From IMG/VR virus record IMGVR_UViG_3300046171_000252, positions 124,001-188,000 of that record: 64,000 nt of DNA, one strand, 5' to 3'. The stretch's first letter is position 1; each line of letters starts with the position of its first letter. A model generated the notes under the pieces. That model worked only from the letters and a program-made list of their open reading frames with translations. It did not search any database and was not told where the DNA came from. A program made the position numbers and the translations under genes. Of the stretch, positions 19,123 through 28,712 are shown piece after piece.

Positions 19123-19593
19123 ATGAAAGTAGGAATGATTGGGTTAGGTCGTACTGGTGAAGGTATGGCCCGCCGTATGATCGAAAAAGGAATTGAAGTT
19201 TGGGGTTATAGTAGTACTAACTATGAAAATGCCTGTGGACAATATGAAGCAGGGCACCTTAGTGGATGTGTAACTTCAATAGAGTATCTTGTCCGAGCAG
19301 TTAAAACTGATAATAAAAAATTTACTAGTGCTGGTAGAATTCCTGGCATCTTTCAGATTACACTCCCAGAGCAAAAGGCAGAAGACACACTTGATGAGTT
19401 GCTACCTTTACTTGAAGAGGGTGATATTATTATTGATCACAGCACCAGTGACATAAAAAAATGTCAGGAACTTGAAAAGTATTGTTCTAAGTTAGGTATA
19501 TCCTATATCTTCTCTGGTGTATATGGATCACCTGGTTCTATTAATGTTTGTTCAAAAATTTTTCAATCCTTATCACCAGGTAATATTAAATGA
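19123..19593 (+). CDS. NAD(P)-binding domain of 6-phosphogluconate dehydrogenase family (N-terminal domain only)
   Basis: MKVGMIGLGRTGEGMARRM, GDIIIDHS; catalytic C-terminal domain absent. Confidence 0.75.
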   Translation: MKVGMIGLGRTGEGMARRMIEKGIEVWGYSSTNYENACGQYEAGHLSGCVTSIEYLVRAVKTDNKKFTSAGRIPGIFQITLPEQKAEDTLDELLPLLEEGDIIIDHSTSDIKKCQELEKYCSKLGISYIFSGVYGSPGSINVCSKIFQSLSPGNIK

Positions 19594-19721
19594 CCTTAGC
19601 TGATGTCTTACTTTTCGGATCACTACCCTTTATATGTGCCACCGCATATTTCGGGTACAGAAGAGGTGAAAATAACTATTATGAAACCGACTCCTACTCA
19701 GGAAATGGAACAGCGCATTAG
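19590..19721 (+). CDS. ndhP: NdhP-like single-TM subunit of NDH-1L (43 aa)
   Basis: MTLADVLLFGSLPFICATAYFGYRRGENNYYETDSYSGNGTAH; TM plus FG..N.YY.TD.Y.GNG.AH tail as in cyanobacterial NdhP; ATGA overlap with upstream gene. Confidence 0.75.
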   Translation: MTLADVLLFGSLPFICATAYFGYRRGENNYYETDSYSGNGTAH

Positions 19722-19902
19722 AATGCGATTTGCATTCGCAATGTCTTCCTTTGGTAGAATGTTCATGCCAAATAAAATCACACATGAGATGAGAGCACTT
19801 TGTAATGAATGGTCTATGATTGAAGAGCAACCACCTCAAGGTGATTTATATAAAGTAGATAGATATTTTTTGGAATTGTGGAAAAGTCGTGGTGAAGACT
19901 AA
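19705..19902 (+). CDS. hypothetical protein
   Basis: 3' part of ORF 19603..19902; start codon uncertain. Confidence 0.55.
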   Translation: MEQRIRMRFAFAMSSFGRMFMPNKITHEMRALCNEWSMIEEQPPQGDLYKVDRYFLELWKSRGED

Positions 19903-19957
19903 ACTAATTATATTTTATAAATATCTTTAGGAAAAGATTCTTGCGGGTACAAAAACA

Positions 19958-21052
19958 ATGTCTCTTTGGGGAAAAAATGACAATAAACTTTCAACAGGAA
20001 CAGTTTCGGTAAATCATGCTAACCGAACTGTAGTTGGAAGCGGAACAACTTTTGGAGTAGCAGGTAATGGTGTAGTTGGTGATATTATCCGATTCGGTCA
20101 ACCATTAAGTGGTGCTGATGGATATTTTGGAGAAGCAGTTATCGTATCCGTTGCCAGTACTTTATCAATTAAAATTGATTCAGTAGAAGGATTGAGTGCG
20201 CGAGATATTACCGATAAAGCTTATCAGGTGACACAATCTCCAAAATCTACTCCTACTGATGCTGCTTTTAATAAGTTTTCAAGAGCAGTTGAAGAGCGTG
20301 GTGATCTCAAAATAACAACGGCAGTCAGTGGTGATGTCGCGGTTGGTGGAACTTCTATCACTATTACGGGTGATGCATCGGCATCTAGTCTTTTAGATAG
20401 TGACGTTCTTATCATCACTCATGGTGAGAGAAGAAAGAGGAGACAATTTAGTGAAGTCTATGGTATTGTAAGTGGTGGAAGCACTATTCTTGTTAAGAAT
20501 GGATTGAAAGGCGTACATAATATTTACAAAACTGATGGTACGGAATATAACATTGGTGCTAGTTCTATCATCCTTAGAGAGGCACTTTTCCGTACTGCTT
20601 TTGATGGTGGCATCGATGGAGCACATATAGACGAACTTTCTGTAGGTGATACATTTACTGCTGGAACCAACTCCATTGGAATTGGAACCATAAACGATAG
20701 AACTGAAACGAGTGCTACGGTTGTATTAAATACTGGTCTTACACAAAAAATTGATGCAAGTATTTTTGGAGCAAAAGTCACTATAAAGAGGGGAGCACTT
20801 AGTGGTTCCTTAGTTGAAGTTCGTGGTAAAGAAACTGTATCAGGTGATGAGACACAAGTTCTTGGTGTTTCAACTGATGGTACTGCACATGCTAATGGCA
20901 GTGCTTGGGAAGTTCCTCATGCTGGATGGGTGGGTGTTACGACATACATGGACATGCATGGAAATCTAAGAGTTAAGAAAGAAACTCTTGTTGCCATGTC
21001 TGGCATTGCAACTGGTAATGCACCAATCTACGATTCGAACCCATTTGCATAA
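19958..21052 (+). CDS. probable virion structural protein
   Basis: TATAAATA at 19916; G/T/S-rich beta character; MSLWG.. and HAGWVG..RVKKETLVAMS. Confidence 0.65.
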   Translation: MSLWGKNDNKLSTGTVSVNHANRTVVGSGTTFGVAGNGVVGDIIRFGQPLSGADGYFGEAVIVSVASTLSIKIDSVEGLSARDITDKAYQVTQSPKSTPTDAAFNKFSRAVEERGDLKITTAVSGDVAVGGTSITITGDASASSLLDSDVLIITHGERRKRRQFSEVYGIVSGGSTILVKNGLKGVHNIYKTDGTEYNIGASSIILREALFRTAFDGGIDGAHIDELSVGDTFTAGTNSIGIGTINDRTETSATVVLNTGLTQKIDASIFGAKVTIKRGALSGSLVEVRGKETVSGDETQVLGVSTDGTAHANGSAWEVPHAGWVGVTTYMDMHGNLRVKKETLVAMSGIATGNAPIYDSNPFA

Positions 21053-21068
21053 TTTGTAATAATATAAT

Positions 21069-21440
21069 ATGAGATTTGATGAATTGAACGAAAGTAATTA
21101 TTTACTTTTTGCTATAAAATTTTATAACAACCCTCAATCTGTTACTAGAGAAGATTTTGAGGATGATTTGAAGCGAATAAAATATATTAAAAGACTTCTG
21201 AAACGGTATAAAAATACTGGTGAATTAAAAATTCATCTAATTTTAAATCATTTGACTGTATTGTTTAATGTATTTGATGAGGCTGCCGTGCCTCTTTTAT
21301 TTTATAACTTAGAAAGAGAACTTTGGCCTTTCATAAAAAGTTTCTTATTATATTTGAATAGATTACCAGAATACCCATACACTGAAATAAATAGTATACA
21401 AGAAGATCTAAATTGTTTATCATCTCTTAATTCGGTCTAA
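21069..21440 (+). CDS. conserved T4-like hypothetical protein
   Basis: FEDDLKRIKYIKRLLKRY..LILNHL. Confidence 0.75.
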   Translation: MRFDELNESNYLLFAIKFYNNPQSVTREDFEDDLKRIKYIKRLLKRYKNTGELKIHLILNHLTVLFNVFDEAAVPLLFYNLERELWPFIKSFLLYLNRLPEYPYTEINSIQEDLNCLSSLNSV

Positions 21441-21934
21441 TGGATAAAGTAGATACACTCATTACTAAAATTAGACAACTTAGAGAAGCAGCACCTACTA
21501 ACTCTACTGGTGCTGGAATTGCTAGGTTTGATAAATTTCTATTTCCCATTGATGATGATACTTTAACTCAAGACTACCAAACTCCTGCTGAGGTTGGATT
21601 AGCAAAGGATGAGTTCATGGGTGTATATCCTGTTATGAAGTTGCAACTCAATAAGAGTAGTGACGGACCTTCAATTGATTCTATGGTAGATGCGTCAAAG
21701 GAGTATATGAACGTGATAGATGATAGAAGACTTAGTAATATTATGAATTTGTCCAGATCAATTAAAGAAGAGGTTGCAGCAGCACCTACGAATAATGTTG
21801 GTGGTGGTGCAATTGCCGGAACTGCACCTGCCGGTGATGATCCTCCGGTTAGGTTAAAGAAGAAAAGAAAACCAACACCAATTGGTCGCTATGGAACCCG
21901 TAGAACCTGGATGCAAAATCTCAGAAATGGATAA
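21440..21934 (+). CDS. protein with two (L/I)xE-APTN..G.G.IA modules
   Basis: LREAAPTNSTGAGIA and IKEEVAAAPTNNVGGGAIA. Confidence 0.7.
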   Translation: MDKVDTLITKIRQLREAAPTNSTGAGIARFDKFLFPIDDDTLTQDYQTPAEVGLAKDEFMGVYPVMKLQLNKSSDGPSIDSMVDASKEYMNVIDDRRLSNIMNLSRSIKEEVAAAPTNNVGGGAIAGTAPAGDDPPVRLKKKRKPTPIGRYGTRRTWMQNLRNG

Positions 21935-22313
21935 AGATAGCGTTAATTCAGCAATACTAGAAAGAGTTGAGAGAGTTGTAGAAGCACTGCAAGATAACTC
22001 CATCAAGATGGGTGAGTTATTAGCAGTTCATAATGAGAAATTAGATAAGCAAGATCGTATTGATGCAGTTCTCTTTGAGAAAATAGAATCCTTGCATAAG
22101 GATATGGATCGTGCCACGGATGAAATAAAGAAAGGATGTGAAAGGGATATAAGAAAGATTGATGATCGTCTTCGTCTTATGGAAAAGAAGATGTGGAGCA
22201 TTGCTGGTTCTCTCATTGTAATATCATTTTTGGTTAGCGTGCCGGGTCAAAGAATTATGGCAAACGTCTTGACACCAAACGCATCACCGACTATAATAAG
22301 AGAAGCAAAATAG
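21927..22313 (+). CDS. coiled-coil protein with C-terminal TM helix
   Basis: heptad pattern, then MWSIAGSLIVISFLVSV. Confidence 0.7.
   Translation: MDKDSVNSAILERVERVVEALQDNSIKMGELLAVHNEKLDKQDRIDAVLFEKIESLHKDMDRATDEIKKGCERDIRKIDDRLRLMEKKMWSIAGSLIVISFLVSVPGQRIMANVLTPNASPTIIREAK
22269..22297 (+). promoter_or_regulatory. sigma70-type promoter for primase/nrdAB
   Basis: TTGACA-17-TATAAT inside the upstream CDS. Confidence 0.7.
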
Positions 22314-22326
22314 TAAATTATTTGTA

Positions 22327-23298
22327 ATGGATTTGGTTGACGCCAAATATATTGGACTAGTTTCTTCACGACTTAAGAAATTTAAGAGAATCAAGGAAAA
22401 CCTTTTTAATTTTCGTTGTCCTATTTGTGGAGACTCGCAGAAGCAAAAAAATAAAGCACGAGGATATTTCTATCGTGTAAAAAATAACGTCAACTTCAAG
22501 TGCCATAATTGTGGTGCCAGTTTATCGTTTAATAATTTTCTTAAGCAGATAGATGCGACTCTTCACAAACAATATACACTTGAGAAATTCAAAGAAGGTC
22601 ATACAGGAAAAAACTTTGTAGTTCAAGAACCTAAGTTTGAATTTACCAAACCTGTATTCAAAAAATCTCTAGGGTTGCCAAAGGCATCTTCAAGTCCTAT
22701 TTCGTCAGAATATCTCACAAAACGTGGGATAGATCCTGACAAGTTTTATTTTGCCGACAAGTTCATGGAGTGGACAAATAGTCAGAAATCAACCTTTGAT
22801 AATATCATTAGGGATGAGAATCGCATTGTAATCCCAATGTATGATGAGGATAAAAATCTTATTGGTTTTCAGGGTAGAGCACTGGGCAAATCATTCACTA
22901 AATACATCACCGTAATGTTGAATGAGGATGCACCAAAAGTATATGGACTTGACACTATTGACAAAAAATCTACCGTTTACATTACAGAAGGACCATTCGA
23001 CAGCACGTTCATTTGCAACTCAATTGCTATGTGCGGAGCTGATGTTGATGTCAGTGGTTGGGGTATTAGCAATCCTGTTTGGGTCTATGATAACGAACCA
23101 CGCAATCGAGAAATCGTCAATCGAATCAGTAGAACAATCGATAATGGCAACTCCATAGTGATTTGGCCAAATAACATAATTGAGAAAGATATTAATGATA
23201 TGGTTCTTTCTGGACATGATGTCATGTCTATGGTAAAATCAAACACCTACTCGGGTTTAGAAGCAAAAATTAAATTTAACAATTGGAAAAAAATATGA
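22327..23298 (+). CDS. gp61: DNA primase, T4 gp61
   Basis: CPICGDS..CHNC zinc finger, FQGR, ITEGPFDS, YDNEPRN, KDINDM. Confidence 0.95.
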   Translation: MDLVDAKYIGLVSSRLKKFKRIKENLFNFRCPICGDSQKQKNKARGYFYRVKNNVNFKCHNCGASLSFNNFLKQIDATLHKQYTLEKFKEGHTGKNFVVQEPKFEFTKPVFKKSLGLPKASSSPISSEYLTKRGIDPDKFYFADKFMEWTNSQKSTFDNIIRDENRIVIPMYDEDKNLIGFQGRALGKSFTKYITVMLNEDAPKVYGLDTIDKKSTVYITEGPFDSTFICNSIAMCGADVDVSGWGISNPVWVYDNEPRNREIVNRISRTIDNGNSIVIWPNNIIEKDINDMVLSGHDVMSMVKSNTYSGLEAKIKFNNWKKI

Positions 23299-25595
23299 CC
23301 AATGGAATCAATGTAAAAAAGCGCAACGGAAGAGGGAAGGAACCACTTCTTCTTGAGAAGATGCATAGAATGGTTGATGAGGCATGTACCGACCTTGCAG
23401 GAGTCTCTGCATCGCAGGTAGAGATGCAATCTGGTATTCAGTTCTATGATGGTATTACAACTGCAGAAATTCAAGAGATTTTGATTCGCTCTGCTTCAGA
23501 CTTGATCGACTTAGACCATCCTAATTATCAGTTTGTCGCTGCTCGTCTCTTATTGTTTTCTATCCGCAAGCAATTGTATGGACGTAGGCATGAAATTCCA
23601 AAGGTAAAGGACCATATATCAAGTTGTGTAGAAAAGGGTGTATATGATCCAGAACTTTTAACTTTATATTCAGATGAGGAGTTTGATAAACTTCAGTCGT
23701 TTATCGACCATGATCGTGATTATTTGTTTACATTTGCCGGTCTTCGTCAGGTTGCGGATAAATACCTAGTGCAGGATAGAAGCAGCGGTGTTTTATATGA
23801 AACTCCACAGTTCATGTATATTTTGATTGCTGCTACAATTTTTTCAAAATATCCAAAAGAAACCCGTCTGGATTACGTTAAAAAATATTATGATGCAATC
23901 TCCAAACACAGACTCAACATCCCCACGCCAATCATGGCAGGAGTTAGAACACCTCTTAGACAGTATGCCAGCTGTGTTCTTGTTGATGTTGATGACACCC
24001 TCGATAGTATCTTTACTAGCGATATGGCTATTGGGAAATATGTTGCTCAACGTGCAGGCATCGGTATCAACGCAGGCAGAATCCGTGGCATCAACAGTAA
24101 GATCCGAGGTGGAGAAGTACAACACACAGGTGTTGTCCCGTTCCTTAAAAAGTTTGAATCAACTGTACGATGTTGCACTCAGAATGGGATTCGTGGTGGT
24201 TCCGCAACAGTCCACTTCCCAATCTGGCACATCGAAATCGAAGACATCCTAGTTCTTAAGAACAATAAGGGTACAGAAGACAACCGAGTGAGGAAACTTG
24301 ACTACTCAATCCAAATTTCAAAACTTTTCTACGAACGTTTCATTACGAATGGAGAGATTAGCTTATTCTCACCGAATGACGTACCAGGTCTCTATGATGC
24401 TTTTGGTACTGACGCATTTGACGATTGCTATGTGGACTATGAATCAGATCAGTCTGTTCCAAGAAAGACTGTCAAGGCACAGGATCTCTTTCTAGACCTT
24501 TTAAAAGAAAGGGCAGAGACTGGTCGTCTTTACATTATGAATATTGACCACTGTAACTCTCATTCTTCTTTTATTGACAAAGTTGAGATGAGCAATCTAT
24601 GTCAAGAAATTACTCTACCTACGAAACCTTTACAACATATTGATGATGAAGATGGGGAAATTGCTTTGTGCATCCTTAGTGCTATTAACATTGGTAAAAT
24701 TAGGGACCTTGAAGATCTTGATGTTCTTTGTGATCTTGCTGTTAGGAGTCTTGATGAACTCATTGACTTTCAAGGATACCCCGTCAGAGCAGCAGAGATT
24801 GCCACTAAGGCACGTCGTTCGTTAGGAATCGGTTATATTGGTCTGGCACATTATCTTGCCAAACATGGAGTCAAATACGACCAACCAGATTCTTGGAAAC
24901 TGGTTCATGATTTAACTGAGGCATTCCAATACTATTTGATTCAGGCAACTGTCAACGTTGCAAAAGAAAAGGGTGCATGTGAATACAGTCATCGCACCAA
25001 GTACGGGAATGGAATTCTTCCGATTGATACATATAAACATGATGTAGATGAAATTGTGCCGAATGAGCTTCAGTACGATTGGGAGAGTCTTAGAACTCAG
25101 GTTTTGGAATACGGGGTACGGAACTCAACATTGTCCGCACAAATGCCTTCGGAGAGCAGTTCCGTTGTGTCAAACGCAACAAATGGAATTGAACCACCTA
25201 GAGGATACTTGTCCGTTAAGAAATCGAAGAAAGGTCCTTTGAAGCAAATAGTTCCACAATATGGAACCCTTAAAAATAATTATACGTTGCTTTGGGATAT
25301 GCCTGGGAATACTGGGTATATTAATATTGTTGCAGTTATGCAGAAATTCTTCGATCAAGCAATTTCTGGAAACTGGTCCTATAATCCAGAGCATTATGAA
25401 AATTCTGAAGTTCCTGTTAGTGTAATGGCACAGGATCTTTTAACTACATATAAGTACGGTTGGAAGACCTCTTATTACCAAAATACATACGATAATAAAA
25501 ACGATGAAGTAGAGGAATCTACGGAGTCTCTTGATAGTTTAATTTCTCAATTAGAAAACGCGGAGGAGGAAGACTGTGAGTCTTGTACAATTTAA
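23295..25595 (+). CDS. nrdA: class Ia ribonucleotide reductase alpha subunit
   Basis: ATP cone, SCVL, SNLCQEI, C-terminal CESC. Confidence 0.97.
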   Translation: MTNGINVKKRNGRGKEPLLLEKMHRMVDEACTDLAGVSASQVEMQSGIQFYDGITTAEIQEILIRSASDLIDLDHPNYQFVAARLLLFSIRKQLYGRRHEIPKVKDHISSCVEKGVYDPELLTLYSDEEFDKLQSFIDHDRDYLFTFAGLRQVADKYLVQDRSSGVLYETPQFMYILIAATIFSKYPKETRLDYVKKYYDAISKHRLNIPTPIMAGVRTPLRQYASCVLVDVDDTLDSIFTSDMAIGKYVAQRAGIGINAGRIRGINSKIRGGEVQHTGVVPFLKKFESTVRCCTQNGIRGGSATVHFPIWHIEIEDILVLKNNKGTEDNRVRKLDYSIQISKLFYERFITNGEISLFSPNDVPGLYDAFGTDAFDDCYVDYESDQSVPRKTVKAQDLFLDLLKERAETGRLYIMNIDHCNSHSSFIDKVEMSNLCQEITLPTKPLQHIDDEDGEIALCILSAINIGKIRDLEDLDVLCDLAVRSLDELIDFQGYPVRAAEIATKARRSLGIGYIGLAHYLAKHGVKYDQPDSWKLVHDLTEAFQYYLIQATVNVAKEKGACEYSHRTKYGNGILPIDTYKHDVDEIVPNELQYDWESLRTQVLEYGVRNSTLSAQMPSESSSVVSNATNGIEPPRGYLSVKKSKKGPLKQIVPQYGTLKNNYTLLWDMPGNTGYINIVAVMQKFFDQAISGNWSYNPEHYENSEVPVSVMAQDLLTTYKYGWKTSYYQNTYDNKNDEVEESTESLDSLISQLENAEEEDCESCTI

Positions 25596-26760
25596 GATAA
25601 ACAAAGAAAAAAAACCAGTGGTTGAATCCATGACTGTTTTTAACTCTGAGGAAGTTGACACTAAAAAGCAACCAATGTTTTTTGGTAAACCACTGGGTAT
25701 TCAGAGATACGATTCTTATAAGTATCCAATTTTTGACAAACTCACAACGCAGCAGTTGGGATATTTCTGGAGACCAGAGGAAGTTTCTCTTCAGAAAGAT
25801 CGTGCTGATTATCAAACACTACGTCCAGAACAAAAGCATATTTTTACTTCTAACTTGAAGTATCAGATTATGCTTGATTCGGTTCAGGGTCGTGGTCCTG
25901 GTATGGCATTTATCCCATATTGCTCTCTTCCTGAATTAGAGGCATGTATGGAGGTCTGGGGGTTCATGGAGATGATCCATAGTCGTTCATATACTCATAT
26001 CATCAAGAACATTTATCCTGACCCCTCTGATGTATTTGATCACATTCTGAATGATGATCGCATTGTTGAACGTGCCATGACGGTTACTCAGGCATATAAT
26101 GAGTTTATTAATGCAGCACATCATTATGATAATTCTAATGATTGGCAACATGCATTGGAGCAAGTTCCTTATGCATTAGAATCCAGATATGAACTCAAGC
26201 GCAAACTCTTTAGAGCAGTTGCGAATGTTAATATCCTTGAAGGTATTCGCTTTTACGTATCATTTGCTTGTAGTTTTGCTTTTGGTGAACTCAAACTTAT
26301 GGAAGGAAGTGCAAAGATCATCTCACTGATTGCTAGAGATGAGAATCAGCATCTTGCTATTACTCAGAATATTCTGAAGAAGTGGAGAGAAGGTGATGAT
26401 CCTGATATGAAAAAAATCTTTAAAGAAGAAGAACAATGGTTGATTGGTGCATTTGAAAACTGTGTTAATCAAGAAAAACTTTGGGCAGAATATCTGTTCA
26501 AGAATGGTTCAATGATTGGTTTGAATGATAAATTGCTTCAGCAATATGTAGAATGGATTGCCAATCGTAGAATGAAAGCAATTGGACTAAAACCAATCTA
26601 TGACATACCCGCAAAGAATAACCCACTCCCCTGGACGGAACATTGGATTTCGTCGAAGGGTCTTCAAGTTGCTCCTCAAGAAACTGAGGTTGAGTCTTAC
26701 ATCGTCGGAGGAATCAAACAAGATGTCACCGAAAACACATTCGCAGGATTTAGTCTCTGA
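25576..26760 (+). CDS. nrdB: ribonucleotide reductase beta subunit
   Basis: FWRPEE, EMIHSRSY, EGIRFY, RDENQH, APQETEVESY. Confidence 0.97.
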   Translation: MSLVQFKINKEKKPVVESMTVFNSEEVDTKKQPMFFGKPLGIQRYDSYKYPIFDKLTTQQLGYFWRPEEVSLQKDRADYQTLRPEQKHIFTSNLKYQIMLDSVQGRGPGMAFIPYCSLPELEACMEVWGFMEMIHSRSYTHIIKNIYPDPSDVFDHILNDDRIVERAMTVTQAYNEFINAAHHYDNSNDWQHALEQVPYALESRYELKRKLFRAVANVNILEGIRFYVSFACSFAFGELKLMEGSAKIISLIARDENQHLAITQNILKKWREGDDPDMKKIFKEEEQWLIGAFENCVNQEKLWAEYLFKNGSMIGLNDKLLQQYVEWIANRRMKAIGLKPIYDIPAKNNPLPWTEHWISSKGLQVAPQETEVESYIVGGIKQDVTENTFAGFSL

Positions 26761-26886
26761 TTCTGAAGAAGAAAAATCTTTAGAGGCATACAGAGAGGCA
26801 GCAAAATCGGATGCCTTTCTGTTTGGTGACTATGATGGATACTCTGCTTTTACTGAAGATAAATAAATTCCAGATGATGGAGTGAT

Positions 26887-27327
26887 TTGACAGATTATGA
26901 AAATCCCTGGAAGTTTAAGGGAACCGATTTTTTATCTGAGAATATTGACGATAACTTCGGTTTTGTCTATCTCATTACAAATCTCAAAAACGGTCGCCAG
27001 TATATTGGAAGAAAATACTTCTGGTCAAATAGAAAGCCTAGAGGTAAATCTAGGAGAGTTAAATCTGAAAGCGACTGGAAAAAATACTACGGCAGTTCTG
27101 ATGAACTTAACAAAGACCGTAAAGAGATTGGAAACGAATTTTTTACAAGAGAAATTTTAAGTCTACATAAGACCAAAGGAAAGGTCAATTATGAAGAGAC
27201 GAAACAACTTTTCATCAATAACGTTCTAACCGAAGCCCTTGACGACGGAGGACCTCTCTACTATAATAGCAATATTCTAGGAAGGTACATGAAGAAAAAT
27301 TATGGTAACTTTGGAACAAACTCTTGA
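26887..27327 (+). CDS. GIY-YIG endonuclease (position as for T4 denA)
   Basis: GFVYLITN...YIGRK, YNSNI; downstream of nrdB. Confidence 0.8.
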   Translation: MTDYENPWKFKGTDFLSENIDDNFGFVYLITNLKNGRQYIGRKYFWSNRKPRGKSRRVKSESDWKKYYGSSDELNKDRKEIGNEFFTREILSLHKTKGKVNYEETKQLFINNVLTEALDDGGPLYYNSNILGRYMKKNYGNFGTNS

Positions 27328-27517
27328 ACGCAATTACCATTGGGTCATAGATCGTATTCATTATCTTTGTGAAATTGATAAGGAAAAAACATTAACTTTG
27401 GATGCTTTAGATGATGCTTATGCTATTCAAAAAGAATTCTCTGAATGGTTGGACCCAAACATAGATGATCATGATGTATTTTCTCTTGAATACATAGGAG
27501 ATGACTCCTTGTCTTGA
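27302..27517 (+). CDS. hypothetical protein
   Basis: ORF. Confidence 0.6.
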   Translation: MVTLEQTLERNYHWVIDRIHYLCEIDKEKTLTLDALDDAYAIQKEFSEWLDPNIDDHDVFSLEYIGDDSLS

Positions 27518-27542
27518 CAACCTTGAAATGATGTCCTATAAT
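27514..27542 (+). promoter_or_regulatory. sigma70-type promoter
   Basis: TTGACA-17-TATAAT. Confidence 0.8.
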
Positions 27543-27576
27543 ACGAAAGCACTGAAGAGGTTCCTTTTTTAATGGT

Positions 27577-27975
27577 ATGATTTTAGAAACACTCCTGGCA
27601 CTAACGCCCATTGACTACGACCATTTGGCAAGAGCAGTCAAGGTTGAAGCAGCCCCTAACACTATGGATGAATACTGTGTAGCAGTGTCTATCCTTAATC
27701 GTGTCAGATCTCCTCTTTACCCAAATACTGTTGCTGGCGTAGTTTATGCTCCCGGACAATATGAAGGATTTCGTTATTGGAGACCAGTTGCTTCTACAAC
27801 TTTAGTGAATGAATTCAAATCTGATAAGGGAAGAGAAAACTTTCTCAAAGCATACAGTATCATTGGGGACCGAACAAGTTTCAAAGGACAGCGGATGCTA
27901 CCGTATCGTGTTGTATCAGAAGATCCAATGTGCGATTCAAAAGGCAATTTCTTCCATTATCACTGGCAGTCATGA
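27577..27975 (+). CDS. SleB/Hydrolase_2-like cell wall hydrolase
   Basis: LARAVKVEA, VAVSILNRV, YPNTVAGVVYAPGQYEG. Confidence 0.8.
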   Translation: MILETLLALTPIDYDHLARAVKVEAAPNTMDEYCVAVSILNRVRSPLYPNTVAGVVYAPGQYEGFRYWRPVASTTLVNEFKSDKGRENFLKAYSIIGDRTSFKGQRMLPYRVVSEDPMCDSKGNFFHYHWQS

Positions 27976-28259
27976 CCTATCCAGCACCAATTATTGCACC
28001 TTATGATGAGTGGTTCAGTGAACCAATTTTAACAGAAACTCAAATGGAGTATCAAAAACTAATGAAAGAATCTGGCGACGACATTATTGTAAATATGGAT
28101 GGTGGAGTTGGTGGTTCTTGGAAAGTCGAAACTGAACCTGTCAATATTCATGAAGTGATGTATGATATGGCAACCAAAACTGGCAAGACTACAACTCAAT
28201 TAGACCCTATTGGCGCATCGGAAAATTTTCAAGGAGGTTCGGAAAATCTATATGGATAA
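27972..28259 (+). CDS. hypothetical protein
   Basis: coupled ORF. Confidence 0.55.
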   Translation: MTYPAPIIAPYDEWFSEPILTETQMEYQKLMKESGDDIIVNMDGGVGGSWKVETEPVNIHEVMYDMATKTGKTTTQLDPIGASENFQGGSENLYG

Positions 28260-28473
28260 TGATTGGCGTTATAGTGAAGATAAATTAAAAATTCGTCAAC
28301 AAGCACTTAGTATTCTTTTGAAAAAATATGGTTCTGAACTTAATTCAACAAGAGAATCTAAATACAAATCCCAATCTATATACGAATGTGCCCATGATTG
28401 GGTATCCCAAGGTAATGTAAATTGTAATGGCATTGCCAAATACTACGAGGCTTATTATGCAAAAAGTAATTAA
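28252..28473 (+). CDS. hypothetical protein
   Basis: IYECAHDWVSQG. Confidence 0.6.
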   Translation: MDNDWRYSEDKLKIRQQALSILLKKYGSELNSTRESKYKSQSIYECAHDWVSQGNVNCNGIAKYYEAYYAKSN

Positions 28474-28711
28474 TGTTTTAGCAGTCCTATCATTTGTAGG
28501 AACTGCAGGTATCGTCGGTGGCGGTACTGCACTATATCTCAATAAGGATTCTATTATTGAGAACGCAAAGAACCAAATTGCAGCAGCTGCCGGAGAAGCA
28601 ATTGCTGGTGCTCTTCCTGGAATGATGGATTCTGCAATGCCAGAACTTCCTAGTGCCACTGGTGGTGCTCTACCACTTCCTACAACTACTGGACCCGCTC
28701 TACCTTTCTGA
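28457..28711 (+). CDS. small membrane-anchored protein
   Basis: N-terminal TM, Pro-rich tail. Confidence 0.7.
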   Translation: MQKVINVLAVLSFVGTAGIVGGGTALYLNKDSIIENAKNQIAAAAGEAIAGALPGMMDSAMPELPSATGGALPLPTTTGPALPF

Positions 28712-28712
28712 T

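Noticed and set aside
3876-26760. Inteins or introns in gp43, gp41, primase or nrdAB
   Set aside because: Normal lengths and continuous motifs; no splicing signatures seen.
26887-27327. GIY-YIG gene as an intron-encoded or mobile homing endonuclease
   Set aside because: Catalytic domain only and free-standing after nrdB, like T4 denA; nrdA and nrdB are uninterrupted.
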